NCBI GenBank assembly: GCA_976226885.1
Contig: OZ320315.1
Location: forward strand, 111,600,001-111,664,000
Direction of reading: 5' to 3'
Length of the DNA: 64,000 bases
From: Iphione sp. A-MEVVRFRX5
Lineage: Eukaryota
Below are positions 48,574-62,390 of this stretch, piece by piece (position 1 is the stretch's first letter; the number at the start of each line of letters is the position of its first letter). The translations under genes and the position numbers were made by a program. A model generated the notes under the pieces. That model saw only the letters and a program-made list of their open reading frames with translations, searched no databases and was not told the origin of the DNA.

Positions 48574-49926
48574 TTTTGAGAGTCCTTATATATAATTTGC
48601 CCGTCCCATCAGGAGGACTTAGACAAAAGGTTGTTCCTATGCATTAGTGTCATTGCTTTTTGTCTGGCCTGGGACTCAGATGCAGAGACACCATGTCTAA
48701 ACATGCCTAACTGTTGGAAACACAATTATTGGTGGCATCAGTCCTTATGGAATAGATGTTTCAAGGAGCCAATAAATGAACATATACAAATGTGTGTCCA
48801 GGTACATTCGATGGAGGCAATAATGTACAACCTACAAACAATTAAATTCAGACATCACAATACTTAAGAACAAATTTTTTCAGCATCATTCTTAGGAGGA
48901 CAAGTATCAACAAAAAAGTTTGTTTGTCCTGGTTAGATACTTTGCACAAGGCTTTTACATATCTGCTCACTTATATTTATACACTTTACAATATACAGTG
49001 GCTTAATTACTAAACCAACAATATGACTTGTTATCTCATTATTTGCAGACATTATACATTCATCAAATTACCAAATACACACTTTGTTATATCATACATA
49101 CAATATTAACATTTATATATACATATCTGAATAAAAAGATGAGCACAGTCATTCCGTTAAAGTCTTGAACATATGTAGATTTTGTCTTTGCTCACAGATG
49201 TTCCTCTTTCCTTATTGCAGTCCTAGGCCAGGTGCTGCCATTCAATATATTTGGTTGTATATTTAGAAATCCATTTAACCAAATTGCAGGGGTACATATT
49301 TTACCGAAGATAGAATTTCACATATTAAAGAGTCAGTCATCAGAGAGGCAGGCATGTGCAAAGAGTATGTAATCATCAATCTTCAGCTCTTATCATGTAG
49401 TTGTGTACTATCACACACCCTAGTCAGAGTGGTGGTCCCACTGAACAAATTGAGGTTGTGAATCACATTGATGGGAAGTGTGGTACCACATAACACAGTA
49501 TCTTTCCGGTTTAAGGTTAAATTGTACCTACATATGATTTTGTAAATTTTGTCTTTTCAATAATCACCTTCTCTTAAACCACTGTAACACAGTGATAGTA
49601 CCATTATTGGCAAGAGATAACATCTATTTGTACTAAGCCAAGCATTATGTTCAAGGTATCAATTGTAATGATTGTCTTATACACTCATGTGTTTGGATGA
49701 TGTACAGTTGTATGTGGCATAATAAAAGCCTTTGAAGTATATTTCTTAAGTAGCCATGTTCCAGTGAGACCATATACAGGACTTCTGTTGTAACCATGCC
49801 TATTGTTAACTTGCTTACACCTTAAACCGAGACCTATTAACAATAAACCATCATGTAGAACATAGTGTGTTTATCTCCGGTATCTCTCAAGGTATCCTTG
49901 AAACACCTCATAGTTACTTAGTTGGA

Positions 49927-50298
49927 TGTGAGTAAGCCAAACGTGTTGTTCAGTTGCCATGTATAACACAACTCAAGATGACACAGGCTTCCAAGTTAGT
50001 TGATGTTCTTTATTACGGACAGTAGACTTGTACAGGTGGTAGCCGCAGAGCTTTCCGAAAAGTGTGAGAAAATCGAGATATTATATACAGATAGTTCATG
50101 ACCCCATGTCAGAGGTCTGCAACCTTAGGCACAAGGTTCGTAACCTTAGGTATAAAGTTTGTAACCTATCATAACCTTAGGTCATAGTTCACCTGACCTC
50201 CAACCTGGGTGCAGGCCCTGGGTCACAACCGGTCAAGAATTACATTAACCTTCGGTTCCACTCTAACACCTTTCAGTGATGGATGTGAAAACTGTCAA
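49927..50298 (-). mobile_element. LTR-like segment (right boundary 50268 or ~50298)
   Basis: TGTGAG left end, CTAACA or TCAACA right end, TATATAA then AATAAA on the minus strand, AACCTTAGG x3. No TSD found. Confidence 0.4.
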
Positions 50299-51369
50299 CA
50301 CCCTTCCTGGAAGTGCCTCGAAATCCCCATTCCAATGTAGCGTTTATTTAGACTATCCTGTCAAGGCAACATGGTTTATGAGTGTCTACTGGTGTACGGG
50401 ATGTCAATGTCCAGACCACCATGGGCATCATGTCATAACATGACGCACCTGTTGTCTGAGACAAAGATCTGCTCTTATAACCCTATATCTGTACACTGTA
50501 CATAGGAACTCTCTTTATTACGAAACATACACTTATTAACATCTTTCATGTACACATTATATGTGTATGTAAACCTTACAATTGATTGTCCATGAGGTTT
50601 AAATGTCCGCAATGTCCACAAGATGTCCACAATACAATGTTCACAATAAAATGTCTGCAATATAACACTACTGTGTTACACATGAGGATAATGGTTAAGA
50701 GTCACTTGCAGGAGGATTGTTCACAGTATTTCCAAGTCTTTGTGTATATAAGAAGGTGCCACAACACCCTCTCCAGACTCCCCTATGGTCAACCACTGAA
50801 GTGTTGTACCACTGTTCAGAAATAAAAGCTGAAAATTAAAACTACCAGTTTGGCGTTCATTCTATTGTTACACCAGTGTGAAATAGGAAGTATTGTTTGT
50901 TTTGCAATCATTATGGATTAGTATATATAGAAACTCCAGTTCAAATATACTGTTAAGCATATGCCTATTTCCGAATAACTTCCTGGCAACTGAGCACCCC
51001 CTATCTCCAGCACTTCCCTTATATAACATCACTGTGGAGCATTCAGGCACACTCTCATCCACACAGCACTCCCTCATGCCACACACAATAGCACAACCAT
51101 GCCTGCACGCACCCCTGCATCAAGACCCTGCATGCAAGCCACAAAAAATTGATGCTTCAAGAACCTAGAAACTCAGATTCTAGTCCATCTGCTTGGTGCC
51201 AGGTCATAATTCAACATGATATCAATATTGATATACTTAAAACAAAATCGGGTGAGATTATATTTCTTTTGAGTCCTAATCAATCTGCCACCAAAAATGT
51301 CCGTCCAAGCACATATTACCAAGAGGAGAAGAATTCATTCAATGACTACATGAAAACATAGTGAATATA

Positions 51370-52660
51370 AGAAGTGATATTTACTGATTATGATTCCCAT
51401 GGTTAGATGATGATGGAAACTGGATGAGGTTGCAAATAATGACCAAGATTGAAGCATGAAAACAGATTTCACTATGATGAAGACTGCATCGAATATATTA
51501 CTGCCGGGCAAAACAGAATTAATAGTTAGAAAGGTATACAGACCCTGCAGGGTCTATTGATGCCTTCATTCCGTATCTAAACATCAACTTTCTGTAAAAG
51601 TCATAAATTAAGGTTTGTAATGATGGGTGATTTCAACGTTAACAGGCTTTGGAACACTAACAAAAAGAAAAACTTACAGGCTATGGCATGTAGTACAAAC
51701 TCACACAACTAATTGAGGAAAGTTCAATGACTGAGTGTGCAAGCTATCTGGACCTGATCTTCACAGTCGTGTATTCAACCAGAGTGAGGTTCTGGACAAA
51801 AGTATCAGTGACCATTTCAGTATTGTAGTATTATATAAAACAGGGAATATTGAAAATAGGATCAACAGAAATACAAAATACCAATGTTACGTGAAGGGTT
51901 ATTCCAAATGGGCACTAGAAGACAGCTATCACTTGCATGACTGTTTCCAGAAAGCAACCACAGCTCCTAGTGACTATGGTTGGGACACGATGCAGACTAA
52001 AATACAATGAGATACTGACAAAGTAGCACCAACTTGTGTTCTAAAATGGGACCAAGGTAGAAAATGTTGGATCCCATTTTCTCAAACCCTGAAAAACCTT
52101 ATTGAATATAGGAAATATTTTCTCATGAGAAGGAGAAGGGAAATAATTGAGAAGAAGAATTGAGAGAAGAATCTTTCTGTATCTTGACAAACTGATGAGA
52201 AAAGAGATCAAAAAGAAAGAAGCATCATATCTAAAATTCTGAATTGAAAATAGTGCATGGAACACTTAAAAATGCTGGAAACTAATCAATAACCTGATTT
52301 GTAACAGAAAGACTGGCAATATCTTGGAATTAAAACACAAAGATGTTACTGTTAGTGGTATATTAGTGGCAGAGTTACAGAAGGACACTTATATAGGCAA
52401 CATTGAGCAATTAGTCAATTCTATTCTGCCCCAGATCATTCTAGAACTCCTTCATAGTGAAAAAAGAATTGAACTTAGCATTCAACAATGACGATATCAA
52501 GATGGCTATTTCTAGAATGGATATGTCTAAATCATCAAATGTAGAAAAGAGAGATACAATACTGAAAGATGCATTCAATGTTGAGGCTGACCCATTAGTC
52601 AGTATCTTATGCAGATACTTGGAAAGTTTGTAAAATCTCTCTAGTATACAATTCAGAATG
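51370..52660 (+). mobile_element. Old degraded LINE ORF2 (APE/linker)
   Basis: Fragments VYRP, MGDFNVN and ISDHF are recognisable among many stops. Confidence 0.6.
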
Positions 52661-52730
52661 TCAAAGTGACTGGTGGGCCTGAGCTGCCGGATTATAAAGG
52701 GTCCTGGTCTTTATGATAATGGGGGGGGGG

Positions 52731-53250
52731 GTCAATCAGACCTTCTGGCAAAGGTAGACCCTCTACCAGGGGTACCTTCCCCCAAAGGTACCTTCCCATA
52801 AAGGTATGTTGTAATACAGGGTGTGATCTAATATGACATAACGGGGAGGGGTGGGTGGATCAGTTAGACCTTCTGACAAAGGTAGACCCTCCACCAAAGG
52901 TACCTTCTCTCAAAGGTACCTTCCCATAAAGGTATAACAGGGAGGGGTGGGTGGATCACTTAGACCTTCTGACAAAGGTAGGCCCTCTCTAAAGGGTACC
53001 TTCTCTCAAAGGTACCTTCCCATAAAGGTATAACGGGGAGGGGTCAGTGGATCAGTCGGACCTCCCGGCAAAGGTGGACCCTCGGCCAAAGGTACCCTCC
53101 CTCAAAGGTACCTCCCCTCAAAGGTATTATATAAGGTGTGCTCTAATACTATATAATGGGAAGGGGGAGGGTGGGTGAGTCAGACCTTCCGACAAAGGTA
53201 GACCCTCTGCCAAAGGTACCCTTCCCCAAAGGTACCTTCCCTTAAAGGTC
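52731..53250. repeat. Five-unit minisatellite (periods 128, 96, 96, 124 bp) with AAAGGTACCTT sub-repeats and G-rich spacers
   Basis: GACC(T)..C.G.CAAAGG anchors at 52739, 52867, 52963, 53059 and 53183. Confidence 0.85.
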
Positions 53251-54477
53251 GGGTCCTCAGACATAAGTTTGCAGGTGAGGAGATTTTGAGGGGGAAAACG
53301 TGTCCCAGAGTTGATAACTTAACACCAGCTGGTGGCATGTCTTTGCCGTCCACAGTCGATGCTACCAACAATTAACAACAAATGGTCTATGATCAGTTTT
53401 CCCACGGAGGTCTAATATGGCACCCGATAAGATCCCACTGGATGGCCTGCTGGATTGGTACCAGTGCGAAGTAGAGCTGTTCTACTTGGATTCAAGTAAA
53501 GCCTATTCTAGTTTCCAATGTATGAAATACATCAAGGGAAGCCTAAGATATTCATGCATTAAAGTTTCAGCCCACAGGTGACAAAACCCGCAAGATTAAT
53601 TTTACGCCAAACCAGCCCATTTTACCAAAATGACCAGATACACTCTCCAATATTTCTGGTAATATCTGACTTATCATCGGCCATCATCCAGTCATTACTA
53701 TGTAGACCACACAACAAGAAAGTCTTATGCACATAGGATTGAAATTTTCCACCCCCGCATGTGGGTGATGCTTTGCCTGACAAATGTTTTTTCTCTCCTT
53801 CCAGCATGAAAGAAAGGCAGAAGGGCCATTGGGGGCCAGTAAGTAGAATCTCTGATCGAGTGGTTAAATTAATTCTCTCATGTCCTCACAAAACCTAGAC
53901 AGCATGCAGTTACCGACTGCACATACTGCGGGTGGGTAGGATGTAGCCGTCTTGGAATGCTGCAGGGGCTGGGCGAGCCAGTCCTGCGCATATCACCTTG
54001 TGTGTTGTATTGCTGGTGGCAATCTCAGACCTTCCTGGCTTGTTGGGTGCTAGGTAATTAAGAAGCATTTAACATATGATACTGGGCCTGTCCCGCAATA
54101 TGGATCATTTTCACCCAATTTACCTCTCATCGCAGAAATACTTATTTGCCATAGCTATAGCGCAGGAAACCTAAGGTAGTAAAACCATGCTACCAAAACC
54201 TGTTTACTGAAACCAGTCCACATCAGCTCTCACTGGCTTGCCAAGGGTGAAAATCTGAATGTATGCATTTAAGGTCTAATAGATTTTTGAGACACACAAC
54301 CTACTGAAGCTTACTAGATTGATAAATATTCGACTCATGAATGTCCTTCCAAAAGTTTTAATGTCCTAAGAAACATATTTGACTTAGGAACAAGTCACGG
54401 CCCAGACAAGGGTTTCAAATGTGCATGCTCATGACATAGAAAACTATGTCAAACGTGCGCAGTGAGGTTGTTTGAGA

Positions 54478-54675
54478 TCACAGTGGAAGCTCATTCCAAG
54501 CTCTCAAACCCGAGTACCTCAAGGACCTTGCTGTCAGTGCTGACATCAGCTGTTTTGTTGTGCCCATCAGAGTCCATCCCTGCCTTGTTTTTGTCCTTGA
54601 TCTAGATGGTAGCAACCCTTGCCTCATTTGCTGATGGATAGCATTTAGGGACCTCTCAGTCACTAGATTTCCCAC
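54478..54675 (-). mobile_element. LINE ORF2 C-terminal fragment
   Basis: RSLRYSGLRAWNELP matches the C-termini of the other ORF2s (RSLRYRGVLQWN in A). Confidence 0.6.
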
Positions 54676-57600
54676 AAGACAAAAAAAACATAGTATTGGT
54701 GGGATGCACTGAGATTATATGTTGTCATGTGAAGATTGGAACAGTTACTTCATCATCATACCATCACATAGATATGCTTACCCATCACATGACATCACAG
54801 TCATACTTTTCCTACAGTGAGGTACAATATTTGACAAAAGAAGGGTTTAAGTTGCAGTGTCAGTGTACTGCATTTTCTCACATACTTTGTTCTCAATAGA
54901 TATGCATGTATACATTTATTTAACAACATAATGACCTGTGAGTGTTGGTCAAATGTCATCTGCATGGATTAGTTATGTGAGTCACATGACAAAATGTCAT
55001 AACCTCATTGGCCATGCAGGGCTTTTGATTGACAGTCATCATGACCTTAAAACATGTCCTCCTTTTATAGGGCAATACATCAGTTCTACTTTAAACAGAG
55101 GAACACATTAATGCATATATGCTACGCTACAAATTGTGTATTATGCTGAGAAAAGGTGCAAGGGTGGATGTTCTATTACATGTCTAGAAAGTGTGCAAAC
55201 CTTTCTTTAGCACAGCCTTGTGTACATCTAGAATCACTACTTTGACCATGAAGAAGGTTTAGGCACATATGTTCGATAGTGTTATTGATCTAACAAATTC
55301 TAGCATGAGATACTCTTTCCTAAATTGTGAACAGGGAAAGGTAGTAACCTAAATATTTATTCACATAAATATGTTCTGCACTAGATATTTTCTAGTTTCA
55401 TGACATGTTCAGTTATTCACCCATAGGCAGATTGCTCTATAGAGCAGTTGACCTACTGAAACAGATGTGTATCTGACCCATTTTCTCTGTGTGGTGTACT
55501 AACCTCATAACTAGGACTTCAAATTAGGATACTAAATACTCATCTGGTATGTGGTGCTAACATACATATGCATATATATGAATTCATTAAGGAGGACAAA
55601 ATTTGCTACTGAAATTAATTGATGTCCATAAGTTGAATACTGCACTACATATCGAAAGTAAACATAATATACATCTTTATGTAATATGCTCATCTAATGA
55701 ATCCACATTTTGATGGGCTGTAATGAATTTAGTGATTTTTGTTTGTTTGTTGTTTGGGTCATCATATGTTTTGCTGCACTTCATGCAGGTTGTTTGTCCT
55801 AGGGAAGAACTATTACTGCATGTTTAGAGGCTTCAGTCCTCAATCTAGTTCTGTGTAGGGTTGCAGCAGAGGAGTAAACAGTCAACCTGTCAGGCAATCA
55901 CCAGGTGCTATTGTTGTATCAATGGCTTATTGTTGTCTCCTGACCACTGTTATGTGGTCTGATCTAAACTTGCCCTCATCAGGGCACCCCCCTCAACCTT
56001 GTTTAGGTCTGGGTAGGTGGAAAAATGGTAGCAACAGGCTCCAGTTCAGACAGCACATAACATGGTTTATGAGTGGCAAGACAGTGGGGTGATGGTGTGC
56101 TCCTCTGGTAATGATGGTTTACCTCTGTGTGCAGCCACCCCCAAGTCCTAGGGTTACTAGGAGAAAGCACTAGACTTTTGGTACAAAAGAAACAACTCAA
56201 TAAATAGTGCATATTTCTGCAGGAGCAATTTCTAAATCTACACTATTCTGGAAAAATGTAAAAAAAAGACAGACAATGAGTTTAAGAGAAAACCTGTAAA
56301 TTTGTCACAATCTATAATGTCAAAATGCATTGTGAGGTACAATGATAATTGGGCCATTGCAAAAGTACTTATATTTATTCCATACCCAAAATTGTCTTGT
56401 GCTATTAACAAACTGGACTCTACAAATGAAAACAGAGGGAAATGTCCTGCGACTGCTGAGCCCACCCAATGCTATTGAACATTGATGAAATCCCCAGAAA
56501 ATGGGAAGGGATGGAAAGGGGTAAGGACACTTTTTGCCCCTAAGCAGACTAAGCCTCTGCTAATTACCCTAATTGCCCACCATTGAGAGCCTCTTACCAT
56601 TATATAAAGTACCTTGCCACCACTTCGGGTCTCTTACTGCTACCTAGTGTCTCTTACCACTACTGTTGGTCCCTTACCACTAAAAAGGTCTCTTTGCACT
56701 ACCTCAGGTCTATTTCAACTACTTAGGGTCTCCTGCCATAAATAAGGGTCTCCTACCAGCAATGAGAGTCTTGCCATTAGTGAAAGTCTCCTGCAATTAA
56801 TGAGGGTTTAGATGTTATCCAGCTTCAATGTTCTCAAAGACTTTGAGAAGCAGCTACTAAATTGAAACTTGTACATGTTGAATCTATTTGCCCACTGTTT
56901 CATTGTTTTATTGATACTGGATACATATCCACTTATATTAAGTCTCAATAATATTCTGAACTGACATTGAAAACTTAGATTAGATATTTGTATTTAACGT
57001 AAAACTTCAAGGTTTCCAGGTGAAAATGACTTTGATTTATTAGTAAAATACATGCATGGAACATGAGTTCATGAGCATTGTTTTTATATCAAGACAAATT
57101 GCTCTGTATCAATTATAAACCTTAAACTTGTTTTCTTTTAGATATTGCTAGACTGTATATAATAGGTAACAATTCGACCCTTGAACATAAGTTCATTACT
57201 CCTTTCCCCAAGATTATCATATGGTTACCGGCAACAGAGCAAAATTTCATGAAACCTTTGTTGGAAACATTGGAATGAAATACATGTTAAAACTTAACAT
57301 CATAACAGAATCATAAGTATTTTTAAGCAGAAATCTAAAATGATACTTATTCAGGGGTTTCAAAATTAAATGGTAGTTTTCAATTGACCGATTTACAGAG
57401 AAGTTACAGCTCTGTCAATTTTTCCAATAAACTCACAATGAAATTTGACATAAATTTTACAGCACATGTAAACAACATAAAACCACATTGTTATGATTAG
57501 TCAATAACAATGAACCCGAAAAATCAGTCAAGGTTGGGATTTTGATGATGTCCAGCTTCAGTAAAAGTGTTAAGCAGGCCAGAAGGTCAAACCATAGCCC

Positions 57601-59174
57601 ATAAGTTCCTAAACTCAACGAATTACAAAAAGATCACATCAAAATGATCTGCAAGATTCAGAAGTGCAGATACTGGAATGATACTTGTACTTATGGTATG
57701 CTGTAAATGTGAACAATTCTTAACTTATTACAAGATTATTAGATAAGGGCTCAAACTGGAATTATTCCAGCTTGAGAAGTAAGAGGTTGTCTTTTGATGC
57801 AATATATGGATTATCACCCAGCTCAATCAGTTAAGAGGTAGTATTATCACTCACTGTACTTGATGAGAATAACAAAGAATAATTTCACTGCCTGGACACT
57901 CTTCTATTTTCAGAACCAGCACTGATCTGGGACCAGGTGAATATTAGAATATGAATAATTAACTGATTGCATTATAACATTTGAACACTTTACACTGTAG
58001 AGTGACAAAAACTGCATTAGGCAGTCATTTACATGTTTTGATAGAAAGGATATTTCAAATTTGAACTGAGATATCTCAGGATCTAGATAGAGCCCTCACA
58101 CAATCTTTGCACAAAATGATGCCCAAAAATGTTCTTTAGAATGTATAAATTTGACACTACCAAGCACCTGAGTATGGGAGTGCTAATTATACTGTGATTA
58201 CATAAGGCCTTGAGTGTGCTGGGATAGACATGCAGCCCTTGTTGTCCACATCAGTAGTTGCTCTTCACAGTAGGCCCTGGTCTGCTGACATCAAAGGATC
58301 TATTTTGTATCATACTAACAGATAGGTCTTGTTTGTGCTAACATCTCTTAAGAAGGATGAGGTGACATGAGGAGTATGCTTTCCTGAAATTTTAGTTTTG
58401 AAGAGAACACACAAAGTAGCATCCCAACAAACAGCAGCATAAGATGAGAGAAATATGAGTATGATATAACCTGTAGGTATATCTCTATACTTGTGTCTGT
58501 GTCTGTTTCTCCATGCGTGTCTATTTGGGTATGTCAATCCTCAATGAGAAGGGTTCCTATACATGATTTACCTGCCCCATCAAGGAGGTCTAAATGAAAG
58601 AGGGTTTTGGTTTTTGAGTAACAATTAGAAGCATTAGCATGCTCCACTGTATGGGGGACAAGGGGTAACCATCTAGATCCATGTACATAACCAGTATGAT
58701 CCTAAAAGTTAACATCTATTGCATAATCTTCTGTATAAATGAAAATGCAAATATTATGTCAGATATTTGAAATAAACAATGATGCCATAATGGCATTTGG
58801 TATGTTACATAATCAGGATTTCTCAATAATCCTAGTTATGTGCTTGGTCACAAGGCCTCTGTACAGAAATGAGGTCCAAGGCTTACAGTGCCAAAGCTAC
58901 AGTTTCTCAGATACCAGGTGCCTTGATAGAGCTGTTTTGGAGGGTTTATGACTTAACAATAGGTTTGTACTTGATTGATTGATGTTTCTTAGCTTGTTCA
59001 TATTTAAATTTGCACAACAATTCTAGTACATAAAGGCATATCAGTTTTTGTTTCACTAAAACTTTGAAAATAATTATATACTTGTTCAATGATGTAACAT
59101 AATTGACAATATTATAAGTGGATGTTCATAAGGACAACAGAATTTAAAGTTGTATAGTGATAGCAGAGTGCACA

Positions 59175-60197
59175 TTAAAGGTCTTCATGTGTATTTCTTT
59201 GAGATATTATTGAGCTCAACATGGTGAATACTACAATTAATATGCAACCCATTACTTCTAATATGTTTCCCCTTCCTCTCAGACTCGGATCCATTACCAT
59301 ATATTGTAGTATCAAGTCAACCACTGGTAACAGAGTGAAAATAATTGAAGCTATCAGTGAACCAAATATCTTAATCACTACTAAACCTAATAATAGACTT
59401 ACAGTAGAACCAATTGTATGTATACTAAGCATTAAGAAACGGTACAGGTCATAAGGGAGTTGGGGATTTTCAAAATAAAATATTGATATCAGAGATGGCA
59501 GTATCCCGATAGCACTTATGTAGAATGCTATCAATACTGAATGTACATTTTTAAGTTTAATACCAATGTGAGTGAGGTAAATCCCATTGCATATGCTTGC
59601 AATTAATACAGCAGTGATTCCTATGGTGACTGAATAACTACCATATAATTCTAATGTCATTGTGGAAGGAGATGAATCAATCATACTACCATTCAAGTCT
59701 TGTTCTGTATTTGATAAAGCCGTAAGTAAATATGATGGAACAAAGCCATCCCCAAATCCTTTCCAAGGCTGTAGAAGAGCAACCAAGCCAATTGTGCAAC
59801 CAACAATACCGACAACAGATAGAGTTTCAATTTGTGTTCCCTTTATATAACGGGTACCTATGGCGGTAAAAACCATTCCAAAAACACTGAAGAAGCAACT
59901 AACTTGAGAGAGTGGCATAACAGATGTTGCTATGAAGTAAAATAATGTTGATCCAGTGAATGCCAGTGAGCTAGTAAGGAGGAATTTGATTTGTACTGTA
60001 TCTACTTGAATGGTGTATCCTTTAACCTTTAGATAAGCACTACAAACTAGAAATATGGTACTAAGCCGTGCAATACAAAGCACCAAGTCAGACACAGTTC
60101 TTTCCAGTGCTTGTACTGCTGCTCCAGATGCAGCTCCGCCAAGGACAGTAAGTATTGCTGAAAGTATTCCAGTGATGTAAGCTGTTAGGTTGCTCAT
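59175..60197 (-). CDS. EamA/DMT (SLC35G-like) transporter, copy 3, 340 aa
   Basis: The orthologous ATG is at 60197; the track start at 60281 falls inside the predicted intron. 3-aa insertion (ISQ) near the C-terminus. Confidence 0.85.
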   Translation of the reverse strand: MSNLTAYITGILSAILTVLGGAASGAAVQALERTVSDLVLCIARLSTIFLVCSAYLKVKGYTIQVDTVQIKFLLTSSLAFTGSTLFYFIATSVMPLSQVSCFFSVFGMVFTAIGTRYIKGTQIETLSVVGIVGCTIGLVALLQPWKGFGDGFVPSYLLTALSNTEQDLNGSMIDSSPSTMTLELYGSYSVTIGITAVLIASICNGIYLTHIGIKLKNVHSVLIAFYISAIGILPSLISIFYFENPQLPYDLYRFLMLSIHTIGSTVSLLLGLVVIKIFGSLIASIIFTLLPVVDLILQYMVMDPSLRGRGNILEVMGCILIVVFTMLSSIISQRNTHEDL

Positions 60198-61515
60198 CTT
60201 TAAAATTGTATGACAGTCCTGCAATAAAAGGAAACTTTTGTATTTTAGCAGGCATCTGCTTAAAATGGTACCATACTTCATGTTCTTACATTAGGTTATG
60301 TGGCACACCTATGATATATTCCTACCTTAGAATGACTAGTTTCTTAACTTCAGAAAGACTTACTTGGCAATGATTAAGTTTGTAATGTACATGTTTTTAC
60401 CTTATCATCTTCATCTTACAATGTACTCTGCATACTTGGTGCTCTGACATCACACTTTGTAAAACATTTGACAACTATCATTCAAACTACCTTAAACTAA
60501 TGACTGTTTTCTGGATGATGCAATGTTTGTGTGCAGTGTTTGTTATTGTAATTTGTCTGTTCTAATCAGACTTGCCATTGCCATTGGTGAACTCTGCTGC
60601 ATGCTGTGTTCTGTGAAGAATAAAAGGCGCTATTGAATATATAAGTGAGGTATACACTTTGTTGTTACAAGTATAAAAACTTTCTGGATGTGTATTAAGA
60701 GAGCACTACCACAAAGTGGTAGTTGATCAATCAGCCACCACTAAAGTCGGGTTTTGTGTTTATTCCCTGCCTGTTTATGAATATAATTGGTACAAATACT
60801 GCTATTAGGAGGACCTATTCGGTTGATTATTTGTCTTTCTTGACTTTAACATGGCATATCCACTAAAACTGTGATCGATTGTTCTACATGTCTGACCAAA
60901 TCATTAACTTACTACTAAGTATGCTTGTTGAACAAAGTCTTTGTTGACTTCTAGTTTGTATCAAACAAGATGCCCTTGATTAAAAGACTATGCATGAATT
61001 GAAATATACTTCAAAGTAGTTTCCAAATAAAACAGAAAGTGCTGTTTCTATCAAATTAATTTTCATCATAGTTTCACCAGGACTACTATATTCTCTCTAT
61101 AGTTTCATGTAGAAAAGTCATGTTGACATCAGTCTGCCATGCTGTTTCAGTAAAAATGGAATGTATTCCATTATTTGTCCTATACTGTCTGAGGGTGTGG
61201 TGTTTTTTTTGCAGGACTTCTTTGCAATGAATGCTGTACAAGTGGGAAATAATCTCGAAGAGTGTATTGAAAAAGGGCAATAATTGTGTATAAGGTGCCT
61301 CTTTGTTGATGTTGCTGCCCAAACATAAATCTGTGTTATTACCATAATTATTATTATAAAGAAGCAGATTATATCCACACATATAAAAATCAAGTGTACA
61401 GTGTCTGTCTGTATGAATTAACTATTCTTATATTGCATCAGCATGAATTGATTGAAAAAATTCAATTCTGTTATGAGTCATAGAATGAACTGATACATTT
61501 TTAGTGCAGGGTTTA

Positions 61516-61694
61516 CAGTGGATTATGTATCTAAAGTCAGCACCCTCTTAGAGACCAACCCTTGAGAGAGAACAAAATTGGCTAGTCCCAAACTATCTGT
61601 TCATATTAAAAATCCACACACAGGAGAGACCAACCCTGGGATAGGTCTAAAATCCTCCAGTCCTGAGGTTGGTCTCCTATGCAAGGTTCCCCTG
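61516..61694. mobile_element. Tc1/mariner-pogo-type MITE
   Basis: TA|CAGTGGA...GGTTCCCCTG|TA ends; internal GAGACCAACC x2 and inverted GGTTGGTCTC. Confidence 0.5.
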
Positions 61695-62214
61695 TATATG
61701 ATTTATGTTTAGAGTGGATAAAATATAATGGCTAGTAAATAGGAGGGTTATAAAGCATTAATTACACTGTATGTAAATCCTATGTCTGTAGTGCAAAAGC
61801 TTTGCTGTACATATATTTATTTCCTTCAAAACAATATGACTAGTATTCAATACAGAATATTCTCAAAGTTTAGAACAATGCTATATACATGATAATATCA
61901 TTAGCATCTAATCATAATATCTTATCAATGGTTGCTGTCTTTTGACTATCTGACGTAGAATATATGAGCAAATATGCAATATGTCTCCTGCAAGACTTCA
62001 GGTAGAGACAATTACTGTATGCAGTATACCCTCGCTATAACAACACTCCGTGGTACCAAGTGGTTATGCCTGTAGTGGCAAGGTGACGCAATACTGAAGG
62101 GTAGGGTCTGACAGGGTGTGGGGATTTCTGAGGGTAAAAGGAGGACAGCCAAGGGCAGGGCTACCACTTGATGAGGTGTGGAGACTTGTTAAGGGGTGAC
62201 AGAAGAACAGCCAT

Positions 62215-62390
62215 GGGCAAAGGTAGCTCCTGGAGAGTGTGGAGACTTCTGAGTGCAACAGAAGGAGTGTGGTAGCTCCTGGAGAGATCTAGAGACTTCT
62301 GAGAGCAACAGGAGGAGCATGATAGCACCTGGAGAGGTGTGTGAACTTCTGACAGAGCTATGGGAATATCTAGAGAATGTTAGATAATAG
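62215..62390. repeat. ~50-bp tandem repeat (about 3 units; about 1.5 units in copy 2 at ~35095-35170)
   Basis: GGTAGCTCCTGGAGAG...AGACTTCTGAG..CAACAG.AGGAG is repeated. Confidence 0.7.

Larger units (their letters stand above)
25816..52660. repeat. Segmental duplication unit, copy 2 (expanded by many insertions)
   Basis: Collinear homology to copies 1 and 3, from GTTGGTGGGATGCACTGAG to the degraded LINE at ~52660. Confidence 0.85.

Noticed and set aside
50586-50825. ORF beginning FKCPQCP, zinc-finger-like
   Set aside because: It lacks the paired His or Cys ligands, and the start coincides with a short AATGTCC repeat.
52731-53250. CRISPR-like array
   Set aside because: The spacers are homologous to each other, the context is eukaryotic and there are no cas genes.
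53260-54470. Possible transposase or gene between the minisatellite and the LINE fragment
   Set aside because: Translation of the frames examined gave no recognisable motif.
9579-54675. Strand-biased TE cluster (piRNA-cluster-like)
   Set aside because: Most elements are on the minus strand, but LINE C, two old LINEs, the SINE and the Penelope-like fragment are on plus; the sample is too small to support a bias.
60198-60281. 28-aa N-terminal extension of transporter copy 3 in the ORF track
   Set aside because: The upstream ATG lies inside the 107-nt GT-AG interval conserved in all three copies, and the other paralogs start at the equivalent of 60197.
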